DNA of 64,000 nt. It comes from Vicugna vicugna (taxonomy: Eukaryota). Positions 26,061-38,060 of this stretch are shown piece by piece. Below the pieces are notes generated by a model that saw nothing but the letters and a program-made list of their open reading frames with translations, was not told the origin of the DNA and did not search any database. Each line of letters starts with the position of its first letter. Within the stretch, counting starts at the first letter, position 1. The stretch covers positions 6,414,407-6,478,406 of the forward strand of contig MU058584.1 of NCBI GenBank assembly GCA_013265495.1. Reading direction: 5' to 3'. The position numbers and the translations under genes are program-made.

Positions 26061-29000
26061 ATGATCTGCTTATCAGAAATTCCAAAAGTACAAACACTAC
26101 ATTTTAAGTCTTAAAGAACTATTATAAAAGAAGAGAAGGACAAATGTAACATTGTATCCATAATAATTCTGAAAAAGTTGGGGACATCATATTCTTAAGT
26201 GAATTTGTTTGAGGGTGTTATCTTCTAGTAATGCGGATGAGCTTCGTATTTTTCTATTACGAACTTTGAGTTGAAATTTCATTGTCCAATATGCTCTTAT
26301 TTTTCTAAGGAGTAAACGAGTCTAATGCATTTATTATGTGGTCTTTCCTTTACCTTTTAAAAGATGTTTCAAACAGCTTAGTGTATATTCTTAATATCTC
26401 CTTTGTATGAGCGTCTGTTAGGGAAAATCCATCAATAAATATGAGGTTCTATAATATTGGCTAAATGCAGGTAGATACACTCTAATTCTTGGTCTGTTCT
26501 TTTAAGTGCTTATCAGGTACATGGAGAAATGAGAACCATGAAATAAATGAATTAGATGGGACCTCAGAGATGATTTGATTTAATGGTCTTACTTTACAGC
26601 TGAGGAATTTGAAAGCCAGATACTTCACCGTGGCATGTTGGCCAACTGGCTCATTTTAAACTTAAAAGTGCTAGTCAAGTTGCAGTTCTAAACTCTTAAT
26701 ATATCTCTTACATGTATCAGGCCATGACATTCACTGCGTCCCTCCAGTTGAAAATTTTGCTTTATAACCCATTCCGAGATTGTGTTTGTATGTGTGAAAT
26801 GCTTTCAAATATGTCTATAAAATCTCCCCTGAAACCATTATTTTGAAAAGCTTACCTTGCTTGGCTTTCTTTCCCAGGGTGGTACCCGAGTGCTCAGGTG
26901 ATGATATAAGTGACAAAGTTATACTGCATCGGTTCTGTACAAGGCAGCTGCCTCCCATGTGTGAGGGGAACAGAACAAATGAATGGGAATGGGGGCTCAT
27001 TGGTATGAGGACCATATGCACGGGCTTTTCCAGGATAGCCCTGATATCTTTTAAAATCGTAAAATACATTCAAAAGACTTGATATATGGGTTCACAAATC
27101 CACGATAATTGTTAGTTTCTGTGAAAGAAATTATTGGTTCAACATTACTGCCGTGAGTTTATTGGGGCGCTTTATAGAACCTCTCTGGTGGACGACGACT
27201 TCTGCTTCCACTTCTTAAAGTTACAGCATAAAGTTATCAGAGCTCTTGATGATGTGATATGTGGGAAGGAGTTAACTACTCTCTCTTATCTCACTTGTGC
27301 TACTTAAAAGGTGGTGTTGACCAAATTGTAGTAATTTTCACTAATTATCTTTAAAAAAGCATGCTTTGAAGGGTAAACTTGAATTCCTGGACTTAAGAGT
27401 TCTCATACCTTGAATCCCAACTACCTTCTTTAAATTAGAGCCATTTTTATAGGTTTCAGAGAAGCAAAATTTCCTAAAGCATGGTTCTCATTGCATTTAA
27501 AATAGTTCTTCTCAAGTTTTTCACCTCTGCATAATTCTACTGAATTATAGCAACTGCAGGTGGTAAATCTTTGCTCTCGCTGAGAGCACAGCTGGTTTCC
27601 AAGTCAGATGATAAAAATCTCTGATTGGAATTCCTAGAACGTATTTCATTGCTGGATTGGCATTTGAATTATAGAGTAAAAACTTAGCTATAAACTTCTC
27701 TGGTTCTTTGTTTGGATTTAGCAACATAGTACTCTCAGTGAGCTTTATCTAACTATTCAGCAACTTCCTCTTCCGAGGCATTGGCAAAAAACAAACTCAA
27801 GTTATTCTGACCCAGGCCATTCCCAGTGACCTTTACAAATGCTGTTTGGGGTTTTGTATTTCTAAAGAGCTAAGTCAGCATTTTAAAAGGCCCTGATAGA
27901 TATAACTCAGTCTGCCAGACAAGAGCTGGGACCACTCTGGACCAGGGTAATTACACTGCTTCTCAACAGAGATTTACCCCAGGCCTGGGCTTTAACTGCT
28001 CTGGAGGGAGGAAGCAGGACACTGTTCTGCAGTCTGCCTTTACCTTAATGTCAGGCTACTTTTGCAAGCTCTTGATTCCTAACAGTTGTCTTGAAAATGC
28101 AGCATCATCTCTTCATGCAACTGATCAAACAACTAAGTAACTACATATATGCAGAACTGTGTAAGAGATCATATATATGTATGTATATGTATATGCATAG
28201 GTGTGTATGTATATATATGCAGATTATATATAATCTGTGTCTTTTGTCCTTAAAAAGCTTATATTTTACTTGAAGGACCAAGATTTACATTCGTAAAACA
28301 AAGACTGATAACAGAACATAATGTCTTATTAAATGGAAAGCAAAATTAGTGGTTGGAACACTAGCCAGGGGTGCATCCTCCAGAAGTCCAAATTTTTAGA
28401 ACACTCCTAATTTTAAATATTCTATGTAGTTGTTCTGCAAGCTCTGTGTATTTAAGACCTGCCATATCTCAGTCTGTCTTTAGCACTGAGAAGCAACACA
28501 TACACAACTAAAAAAAAAAAAAACAAAAAAACCAACCAAACAAAAAAGTAACAACAAAAAACTTCTGTTAGACAGCATGTCCAGATTTTGAGTTAAAAAA
28601 CTGTAGTCACTAGAGCAAGAGTGAATTGGAACAAGGGGAGGTTTTTTGCATGTCACTGATTTAAAACAGGAGGCCCACTGGGATTTATCATCGCAAAAGA
28701 GAAAAAAAAAATCTAGTATTGGAAAAATGAATTCTAAGCACATGCCTTTCTGACAAAGGGTTGATAGTATCTTATGTAGAGAAGAGCATAACTATAAGAG
28801 CTTACTACAATAATTCAAGGTGCTGCTGAACCAAGGGGCAATAATTATTGCCCAAGCCAGAACAAGATGGAAATGGAACGGACTGGTGTGCACTCAGGGA
28901 TAACAGCATGGATGCAGACTCGCAGATCACACATAAGAGAGGTGTTTTCAAGCCAAATGGCTCTAGGCGCCTAAAATACAGCCGTAATTAAGCAATAAGA

Positions 29001-30032
29001 CGTGACAGGGAGCACATTTCCCAGTGATTATAGCATGCCTCAAGGGATAAGTCACTAGGCCAAAGGTTCATATGAGGAGTGAAATAATAACCTTGTAATG
29101 TATAGTACCGCACTCTTAGACGGAGAGGGGGAAGCAAGTGAATAATGGGAGTTGGACGAGTCATTTCATGAGCTGTTATTACAGTTGTCGGGTGATACTG
29201 CCGTGTGCACAGTCCACGTGGCCATTCGCTGTCCCCAGCATCCTGAAGCTCTGTATGTACACCAAAGCCTTCACTTGATTTAAAACCTTGCAGAGTTGTC
29301 AGTTTAGCCAAGCAAAAACCAAGCTCTTAAGACACAAAGAGACTTGAAAGTCCATAGCTGTATCTATGGGACTACAGTCTGGTAGAGCCGTAATTACAGT
29401 GGTTTAGACCTGATTTCCATCACTGAAAAATAGCTGAAGCAACCACACTGAGTTATTTCTAATATTTTGGCTCATTTTTCTCATTGTGCATTTCCCACAG
29501 AAACTACCAGCAGGCGTGGTCCCAAGTGTCGCATAGACCCAGAAACATGGCTAGCTTTCTAGCCTCAGCTTTCCCCTCCCCACTGCTGTGCTGCTGGTGG
29601 AAGAGAGAGAATTCTAGAGCTAGTGCCCAAATGAACCCCCAACCCCGTACAGTGGAGGCCAGCCTTCTACAGCATGAGAAGTGCCATACTCAGTAGCCAT
29701 AAGGTGGGGAAAGCAATCTCCATACTGGGACAGATGCCCTGATAAGCCTTGCAGACCGAGGTAGGTATCTCATTACCAGATTCTCTCCATGTTTCTGTGA
29801 TTCTTAATCACTTCAGAAGATAGTTTAAAATCTTCTGAACCAGACTCAGAGAGCAAGATTTTTTTATAGCCCTTAATGTCTACCTGCACCAGTGAATTTT
29901 GTCCCAGACTGTACCCTGGACAAGATTCTGGGCAAGCAATGATTTATCTTAGACAGCACAGTCCTTCTTCCTGGTGATCAGTGCTCTCTCTCTCTCTCAA
30001 AATCTGTTCTTATGAAAAGATCTAAAGACAGT

Positions 30033-30546
30033 TGCTATAAACCGAATACTTGAATCTCTCCAAAATTCATATGTTGAAACCTAACCCCCAGTGAGGTGAT
30101 ATTGGGAGATGGGGCCTTTGGGACATAATTATGTCATGAGGGTGGAGCCCCCATGAATGGCATTTGTTACCTTATAAGAGACCCCAGAAAGTTTCCCCCT
30201 CCTTCCACCATGGGTGGACACAGCAAGACAGTTGTCTATGAACCAAGAAGCCAGTTCTCACCAGACACTGAATCTGCCAACACCATGATTTGATCTTTGC
30301 CTCCAGAATTGTGAGAAATAAATCTCTATTGTTCATAAGTCCCACCTAGTTTAGACTGTTCTGTTCGGTTGGCAGACATGTGGTCCTGTCCGAAACTTCT
30401 ATGACCGTATTTGGTCCATGTCAAACGGTTTTGGATGGGACCAAATATCAAGGACTTTTTGGCATGGACCAAATGTCTTATGGGCATGTTGGATGAGACC
30501 AAATGTCCTGCAAGTTCTGTTATAGCAGCCCAAACAGACTAAGACA
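30033..30546 (+). mobile_element. MLT1A-like solo LTR carrying a nested insertion
   Basis: TG...CA ends, exact 5-bp TSD ACAGT (30028-30032, 30547-30551), typical MLT1A text. Confidence 0.85.
30366..30513. mobile_element. 148-bp MITE-like insertion, family not recognised
   Basis: Exact 8-bp direct repeat GTTCTGTT on both sides, imperfect terminal inverted repeats, and internal GACCAAAT(G/A)TC repeats. Confidence 0.7.
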
Positions 30547-30944
30547 ACAGTTATTTACATCTTGGGGAAACTTTAAGTCAGTCGGTTACTTTTCCCAAGG
30601 GTGTCTGTATTTAAATGGAACGGAATATTTTAAAGTAATGTATCTTAATTTGTGTAGTGGAAATCTTAACCGCTAGCTAAAGGAATTTCAAGCATCAGAG
30701 AGCAGGTGTGAGAATTGGAAGGACAGGGCTGCTGCCTGGAGAGGGCTTGAGGAAACCCTGAAATCACACCCTACTGTGTGAGCTGAGAAGCGAGTCCCTG
30801 AAGCTTTTATTGCCCATGCTGTGATCATCCTCATCTGAGGAAAATCACCCCAACCTGCCCTCCCCCCAGCTTCCTCTTGCTAGTGCAACATGCTGCTCAA
30901 GAAGTGGAAACCAAGTCTGCCGTTCAGGTCACATACCTCAGTTT

Positions 30945-31765
30945 TTTATGGCTGTGTAGTAAACCATCCCCAAATTTAGTGTCTTAAAACAATAACCACT
31001 TTTATTTTCTCATGATTCTGTGGGTCAATAATTTGGGCGAGGCTGTGTAGAGAAGTTCACTGCTATTGCTTGGGAACACTCAAATGTGGCTGTAGTAATT
31101 TGGTGGCTTTCCTGGGGCTCGGTGACCTAAGAAAGCCCCACTCACATTCTGACACCTGATGATGCAAAATGCACTCATCTCCTCCCCCAAAATCTCTTCC
31201 CATTCTGATTTCAGGCGTGGAGTCCAGAATCTCATCATCTGATCAAGTGCAGATAAGCCTGAGATTTTGAACGATATCCTCCAAACTGAGAAGAAACTGA
31301 GATGAAGAAAGGAAGCAAGCAACTTCATAAAGTGCAATTATGACGTTTATTTGGGTAATTTACATACAGTCAGGGTCAGGCAGGTGACAATGCAGAAGCA
31401 TTCACAGCTGCCCTGAGCACCACCGAAAAGGGTACAGGGGAATTTAAAGGGGCCAAAGCTAAAAATAGAATCTGACTACCAGGGAGAAGCATGTCTGCGC
31501 TGATGCGAGCAGAGGGTATTCTTCTCTCCCTACCCTGGGGTGGGGGTCCTCGCAGTGGTCTGAATACCATCCGTGTCAGCAAAAGGCATCCTTCCAGTTT
31601 TCATAGCAGAGGAAGGCAAGGGTACAAGTTGATAGGGAACCGATCTGGCTTGGGTGCTTTCCTTGTGAGTAGGCTAGGGCTCAGTCACGCAGAAAGGGGA
31701 CGGGGTCGGACCGCAGGCCTAAGGTGGAGCTGACAAAATGGACTCAGTGTGGTTCAGCCACACAG
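30945..31765. mobile_element. MLT1 fragment followed by a probable minus-strand LTR
   Basis: ggctgtgtagtaaaccatccccaaatttagtgtcttaaaacaataacc is MLT1-like; 31340-31765 is GC-rich with TTTATT and ends ...cagccaca. Boundaries and TSD not resolved. Confidence 0.45.
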
Positions 31766-32330
31766 TGAGGCTCCTCTCAATCTAAAGACCTATGAACTGA
31801 AATGAAAAGTTACCTGTCCTGACCACATGTCAGTGTACAGTGGTGAGACAAGACAGCATAGCTTCAGTAATCGTTCCCTTTTAAAGAGAAGGGGAACCTG
31901 CGGCAAAGAGAAGGCCTCCGGAAATCTAGCCCAGGTCTCGCTCCTCTGGAGCCAGGAAGTGTAACGAGGGCTCTGTTCTGCTCTCTGGGAGTGGCTTCCT
32001 TCTTCACGTTCTCCGTAATTCTCGGCTCCACGCCCCAAGATAGCTTCCCTTTTCCATAAGAAATGACTCATGTTTGCAAATGAGTAGCTTTCTCAGTCTG
32101 CTTCCTGACACATAGAAACTTGAAGGTCCAGAGGCCTCCTTTCATTTTGGAAAGTCTCAGTCTCTTTTAGTTCAAACGGGTGGTGATTTTGTCAGTTCAA
32201 TTCTCTTAGAAATTTGTAGGTTTTCTCCGAGTGGTATTCACTCACAACTTCAAAGTCATATTTACAATTTATAAAAAACGAAAACCTCTTTTGACTTTGT
32301 ATACGTCTGGGAGCTGTGACCCAATGCGTC

Positions 32331-32870
32331 TGTTGTGGATTGAATTGTGTCCTCCCAAAATACGTATATTGAAACCCTAACCTCCAAGACTTGGAGATAG
32401 GGCTTATAAGGAGGTAACTAAGGATAAATGAGGTCATAAGGGTGGGACCTTGATCTGATAGGGTTAGTGCCTTCAGAAGAGACAACAGAAGACTCTCATA
32501 TTCTCTCTCCCTCCCTCTCTCTGTCTCTATTGCTTTCTCTCTATTTCCTCCACATGAGGACACAGCAAGAAGATGGCCATCTGCAAGCCAGAAAGAGAGC
32601 GCACTCACCAGAAACCAAGTCAGCTGGAAACTTGATCTTGGTTTTCCAGCCTCCAGAACTGTGAGAAAGGCATTTCTATTGTCTGAGCCATCTATCCCGT
32701 GGTATTTTTATGGCAGCCCAAGCCAACTAATACACATTTTGGTAGCAAGAAGTGGGATGCTGCTCTAATAAATTCCATCCCAACAGTTTCAAAACTCTTT
32801 AACTCATTCCAGCATCTGAAGTCTGAAGTCCAGTCTCATCTAGATATCATCTAAATCAGGTATGGCTTAC
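32331..32870 (+). mobile_element. MLT1B-like LTR plus MaLR internal fragment
   Basis: LTR from tgttgtggattgaattgtgtcctccc to ccaactaataca (32734), directly followed by attttggtagcaagaagtgggatgctgct, the start of MaLR internal sequence. Confidence 0.75.
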
Positions 32871-34515
32871 ATAAAACTATACCCCTAAAAAGGCTGAATT
32901 TCACTCTATATAAACATGTCTCAACAAACAAGACTTTGAGGAGAAATAGTGACTTAAAAAAACGGTTTTGTTTTCTCACCGTTCTGTCCATCAGCAGTTT
33001 GAACTAGGATCAGAGGGGGCACTTCTTCTGCTCTAATCATAGAATCAGAAGCAAATAGAATGAATGTTGTTTTAAAGGGATTAAGTTCGGGGGATGGTTT
33101 TTTATGCAGCAATACATAATTGATATGGTACAGGAGACTGAATCAGGAGCTCTTGCTTGTTCTACGAGGCGACGAAATACAAGTTGGCCATAAGGGAGGT
33201 CAGCCTCCCTCAGGGTGATTAGCAGAAACTCTGCCCCATCTAAGGAAGTGTATGCCATATCTAAGTGATGCCTAAGCCACCTGATCGGAGCCTTCATCTG
33301 GGGAAGTATTCAGTGCAGAGCACAGAGAATTGTGGGTCAGTTGAAGGGATGCTGAGGTACTTTCTCAGAATTGCCCTTACGTGTCTCAGGGTCTGGTTCT
33401 TAATTGTTATCTGCCCAGGCTGGCACCCTCTCAGTTGTATATGGTACCACTTGTCCCTCATATTCAATTCATGTGGACTACATTTTCAGCATTCCTTGGA
33501 TCAGGCTGTGGGTTTTCTTCCACATCTGGCTCTCTTTTGACCACTTCCATACCTCTCTCAGGACCAAAGCAAATACGAGGCTCACCTCCTTTGCTAGGAT
33601 GCTAGGACTCATGGAAAACTCTCTGAGTCACCCTATATTCTTGCTCTAGAGGTGCCAGGCGGTTTCTTTGGCACAACACGAGGTAGAGGGGACCTTTTGA
33701 AAGTCTGCCATCTTTTAGCTTCCAACCTGGAAATAAGGCACAGCTCTCCTTATTCTTAGAACCTGAAAAATCCACGTTTGAGCCAGGGGTCAGCCTGTAG
33801 AGGGGGCGAGAGCAGAGTGCCAGAGACCCCTTCTGGGACTCACCAGCATCAAACCCTCTTGCTTTGCTTTGAGAATAGTTTCTTGTCTCCCAGCCAGGGG
33901 AATTTTTATTTTACGTGGGCAGGAAAAAAAAAATTGGCTCAAGTTGATCAAATATTCTTCCAAATCTTTTTTGTCTGAAGCCTGAAGCTCAGCTTTTTAA
34001 ACTCAAAAGCCAAGAATTTGTCTCTTTTGTTCTCTGGTTCTGCTGTGACAGCCCTCCCTTGAGGCAAGGAATGACTCATGGTCTAGCTGCCCGGATGGGG
34101 GAGGGTCAAGGGTAACAGGAAATCACGGGAAAAACACATTTGTTCATACATAAAAATATTATCCTGCTACACCAGGATCTCTCTTCTCTTTCTCATTCTT
34201 TATTACATGATGAACCCGCCTTCCTCCTTTCTTACAAGGCCTTCTGCGTTAGAGAGGGTTGTTTGGGATGTAAGTATTAGAAATCAACTTATTCTTGTCC
34301 ACTTGCTCCCTGAAAATGAAATGCAGGTGCTGGGAGAAGGAGTGGGAAGGACTGGAGACTGAGATAGAAATGTAATCACGCTTCATGAAGGCATCAAAGA
34401 CCTGAATTTCAGTCAGAAGCAAGCGTTCTCTGTTTTCACACTGGCTCCATTTACTCCATGCTTTCTCTGGAAATAGGGTCTCTGTAGATAGGGTCCGAAT
34501 TCGAACTCCTCCTGC

Positions 34516-35159
34516 TGAGACAGGAAGGGGGCAGGGCACAGCCATTCAAGGAACAACACAACAATTACCATCAGAATGGGAAAGATTCAACCCCCAATAG
34601 GCCTTGAGGCTCAAGATGGTGGGAGATTCGGCTCCTAGCAGAACTTGAGCTTCATTAGATGCTTATTGTAATATATTAACACGGTGAGTAACATGCCCAC
34701 AGGCACCATGACAGTCCCAAGGCTAGCCACAAAAGGGCAAGGGGTGGGAAATGGCCAACTTCCTGGGAATCCCAGCTCCTTCCCCAGGCTAGTTAGACTG
34801 ATCCTTCCACTTACTAGCTTACGAAGCCACTGAGCCCATAAAAACTGGCAACACGGTGCCTTGGTGCCTCGTGGCCGCCCTCTCTCTCTCTCTCCCCTCC
34901 TTCAGAGATGCCCACGCTGTCTATGGAGTGTGTACCTACTTTTACTCTAATCTGACCACCCAAACTCCACACACTGTGGCCTTTCTCTTGCCTTTTGATG
35001 TATCTCTAAATAAATCTACCTTTACTCAACTATATCTTGCTCTTGAATTCTTTCCTACATGCAGCCAAGGACCCACACTTGGTGGGGCACGTCCCACGGG
35101 CTCAACCGAAGCCTGGGACACGGCCCTTCTCATGCCCCACATCTGTTTTCCCAGCACCA
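34516..35159 (+). mobile_element. Solo LTR, ERV1-like, related to 1805-2438
   Basis: TGAGACAGG...CACCA ends; exact 4-bp TSD CTGC (34512-34515, 35160-35163); TATA-like CATAAAA near 34837 and AATAAA near 35009. Confidence 0.85.
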
Positions 35160-37589
35160 CTGCTACCATGCTGGGACTGAAATCTTGCTCTGATATCTGA
35201 ATTCTAAGGGAACTGATCCATCAGCACGGTTAATGATCAAGCAAATATAGTTGGAGTGCTTGTGGGGAAGGACAGAACCCTATTTTACAAGAAGACTGCC
35301 AGCTCACCACCAACAGAAGAAAGGAAAGTTCTTGAAAAAGAAGCAGTTGGACGGATAAGCCCTTGGATGGCTAGTTTCCTGTTCCCTGGGTGGAAATGAT
35401 TCCACCTTCATGAAACTGTCTTGACAGCTCATCTGTTCCTATCATGTAGTACTTACCAGACTGCTTATTTCATAGCTCTTTATGGACATGACTCTTCTAA
35501 TGGGACCAGCAACTGTGGGGAAGAATTTACTTTCTCCTCCCGACAAAGGCAAAAACAGTGCCCTCCTGCATGGTACTGGCATCCAAAGTATCCACTGAAG
35601 GATCAAATTAATCGATGAATGGGAATGAAGAAGGGTTAAGTGAACCGATAAACCACCTCCAAATCAATGGATACTGTAAGGGGAGAAATACAAGGCATTT
35701 ACATAATAGGTATCATTTTGAAAAAAAAATCTAGATACCTTCTCTCATATGCTACAATTTTCTTTAGGCAGGGAAAGAGTTAAGCAATTTTGCACCGTGT
35801 TCATGGACTCCTGACATGATATAAAACACTACAATTTTGGCTTTTCCATTTTAGCTGACATAGTTTAAGTTGATGAATATTTTGATTTGTGCCAGTCTCA
35901 GGCAGTTTTAAACGCTATCCCTGCAGGAGTCAAGGAGTCCAGTCATAATCATAACAATATGCTTGTCAGTCAAAAGCACCGGAAGATTGTTTAGGTGCAA
36001 AGAAAGCATTTTCCCCTGAAAGGAAACAGGGCAATTGAAATCACCTACTTTTCAAGGCATTGAAGTCAAAACTGTTACCAGCTTCATGGTGTGAAAATCC
36101 AGGTCTCGGCACCCCCTTGGTCAGACTCCAGTATGTCCTGGGGCTATCCAGCCAAAAAACAAGTTACAGTCTAAAGTTCAGAAGAAATTAGACTAAAGGA
36201 AAAGCACAGCGATCAAGGTTGATTTCCCCATCATTATTTGCAGGTCACCATTTCAGCAGGGAATGTGTAATGAATTCCCTTCCATTTCTGCAGTCAGTGC
36301 ACCTTGGGATAGATTTGCAGAGCCAACTAAATCAGAGAACTCATGCAATTACACAAGATCTGGGCAGAAGAAAGTGATTTTTTTTTTCCTGAGCAGACTG
36401 AGCAAATAATACTTGATAGAATTGACCTAAAGGTTATACCATAGGAACTGTTTGCATTAGAGCAGGCAAAAATTAAAACATCCACATACTACTGGGTTCA
36501 TTAGACAAAGGGAAGAAGCCAGAAACCAGTGTGGGAGAAAGAAAGGAAGAAACGAACAGCCTGAAGAAATGGATTTCGGAATTGGAGGCAGCCCAGAATT
36601 ATTCAGATCTTTGGGTATGTTGATGTCAGGACCTTCTTTTTTCAAAGTTAGTGTGACCTTAGCCATTCCAGCTGCTGCTCAACAAATTTGCTCAGCAACT
36701 CTGTCCCACCAGAGGAAAATTAAAAAACAAATCTGGTATGCCCCTTCTAATTTTATTGCATCCATAGCAGCTTTCACATGGAAGTGAACTGGTTAAAAAA
36801 AAAGTTACTATAATAGAAAGAACACCTTTCACCCCCGAAGAATTCCATATACCCCATGCTGATATCAAAAGAGTCTCCTCATGGGAAAGAGCAATGTGGA
36901 AAGCAGAGGGGAACGAAAATCTGGTGTTCAGAGTCCGCTGGGAGCTTGAGACAAATATGAAACAATGACTTCATGTAGTAGATAAATTTCTCACATTCTT
37001 CAACCAGTTTTATTGGCTAAATACTCATGTATCCAGTTATATGAACACCAAGCCTGCCCAAAGAAGAATCTGAGTGGATATCAAAAAATACAGCCAGGGT
37101 GGAAATCTAATCATGGGCTAGCCCTTTGTCCAGGAATTAACCAGTGTTCCTATTAGCTGGTCATTCTTGAAGGCATCTAAAATCATGTCTGTGATTATTC
37201 TCTACCTCCCTGACAAGGAAATGATAACTTTGAAAAGGTAAAACATCTTTTAGCAATAAGAGAGCCGGAGGACAGACACTGTGGTTCTGCGCCTTTGGCT
37301 CTGTCTCCAAATTCTTTCCTGTGAGACTCTTTCTTTTCATTTAAGCTGTTTTTACTTGTCTCTAGCTGGGCCATTCACACACGTGCCTCAGTACACTCAT
37401 GTGCTCTGTTTGCCCTCTTTTCTCTCGTCTAATCTCTGTCTTTCCATCCTTCAGACGAGATGCCTCCATGAAACTCTCCCGGGCTGCTCCAGCCTTTGCT
37501 GGGTCTCTCTTGTCTGGAGCCCTCTCAGTTAGCACTTCACTTACCTTGCCCTGGGATATCTCGTATGATTCCATTAGACTCTGAAGGCC

Positions 37590-38060
37590 ACGTGGACTAC
37601 GAGAACGTGTATAGGCTTTGGAATCAAACAGACTTAGTTGGAGATCCAGGCTCTCTCCCTAATAAACTGTGGTGACTGAAACTCTCTGAAGTTTCATTTT
37701 CTCATTCATAAACTGGAAATAGTAATATCTAGCTTACAAAGTTCTTAGGAACATCAAAGAAAGTCATACATACAGAGTACCTCGTCTCATACTATCAAGT
37801 AAGTCAAAACTTTGTTTCTTCTGTTCCCTGTTTTACCTTGGCATCTAGAAGAGTCCCTAGCGCAGAGTAGGTGCTCGATTAATGTGTATTATGTAAATTA
37901 ATCAATATTCAGTGTGCAGTAAACATTGGTTCTTGTCTAGTTTTTCTTCTCCACTAGCCTGTAATTTTAGGAGGACAAGGCTTAAGCACATACCTCTTGG
38001 TATACTTGCTGTAAGGAGCTTTGGAGAGTGTTTTCTTATGCATCCTTGGTCTCCCTATTT
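37590..38060. mobile_element. MIR and L2 fragment cluster
   Basis: ggctttggaatcaaacagac...ctctctgaagtttcattttctcattcataaactggaaatagtaata (MIR); gagtaggtgctcgattaatgt (L2/MIR 3' end). Confidence 0.6.

Noticed and set aside
30366..30513. Spaced GACCAAAT repeats resembling a mini CRISPR array
   Set aside because: Mammalian DNA; the repeats are about 11 bp, occur in both orientations and are bounded by a TSD, which fits transposon subterminal repeats.
33010..33815. CTCF-like AGGGGGC strings near 33016 and 33800
   Set aside because: The 5' half of the CTCF core consensus is not matched.
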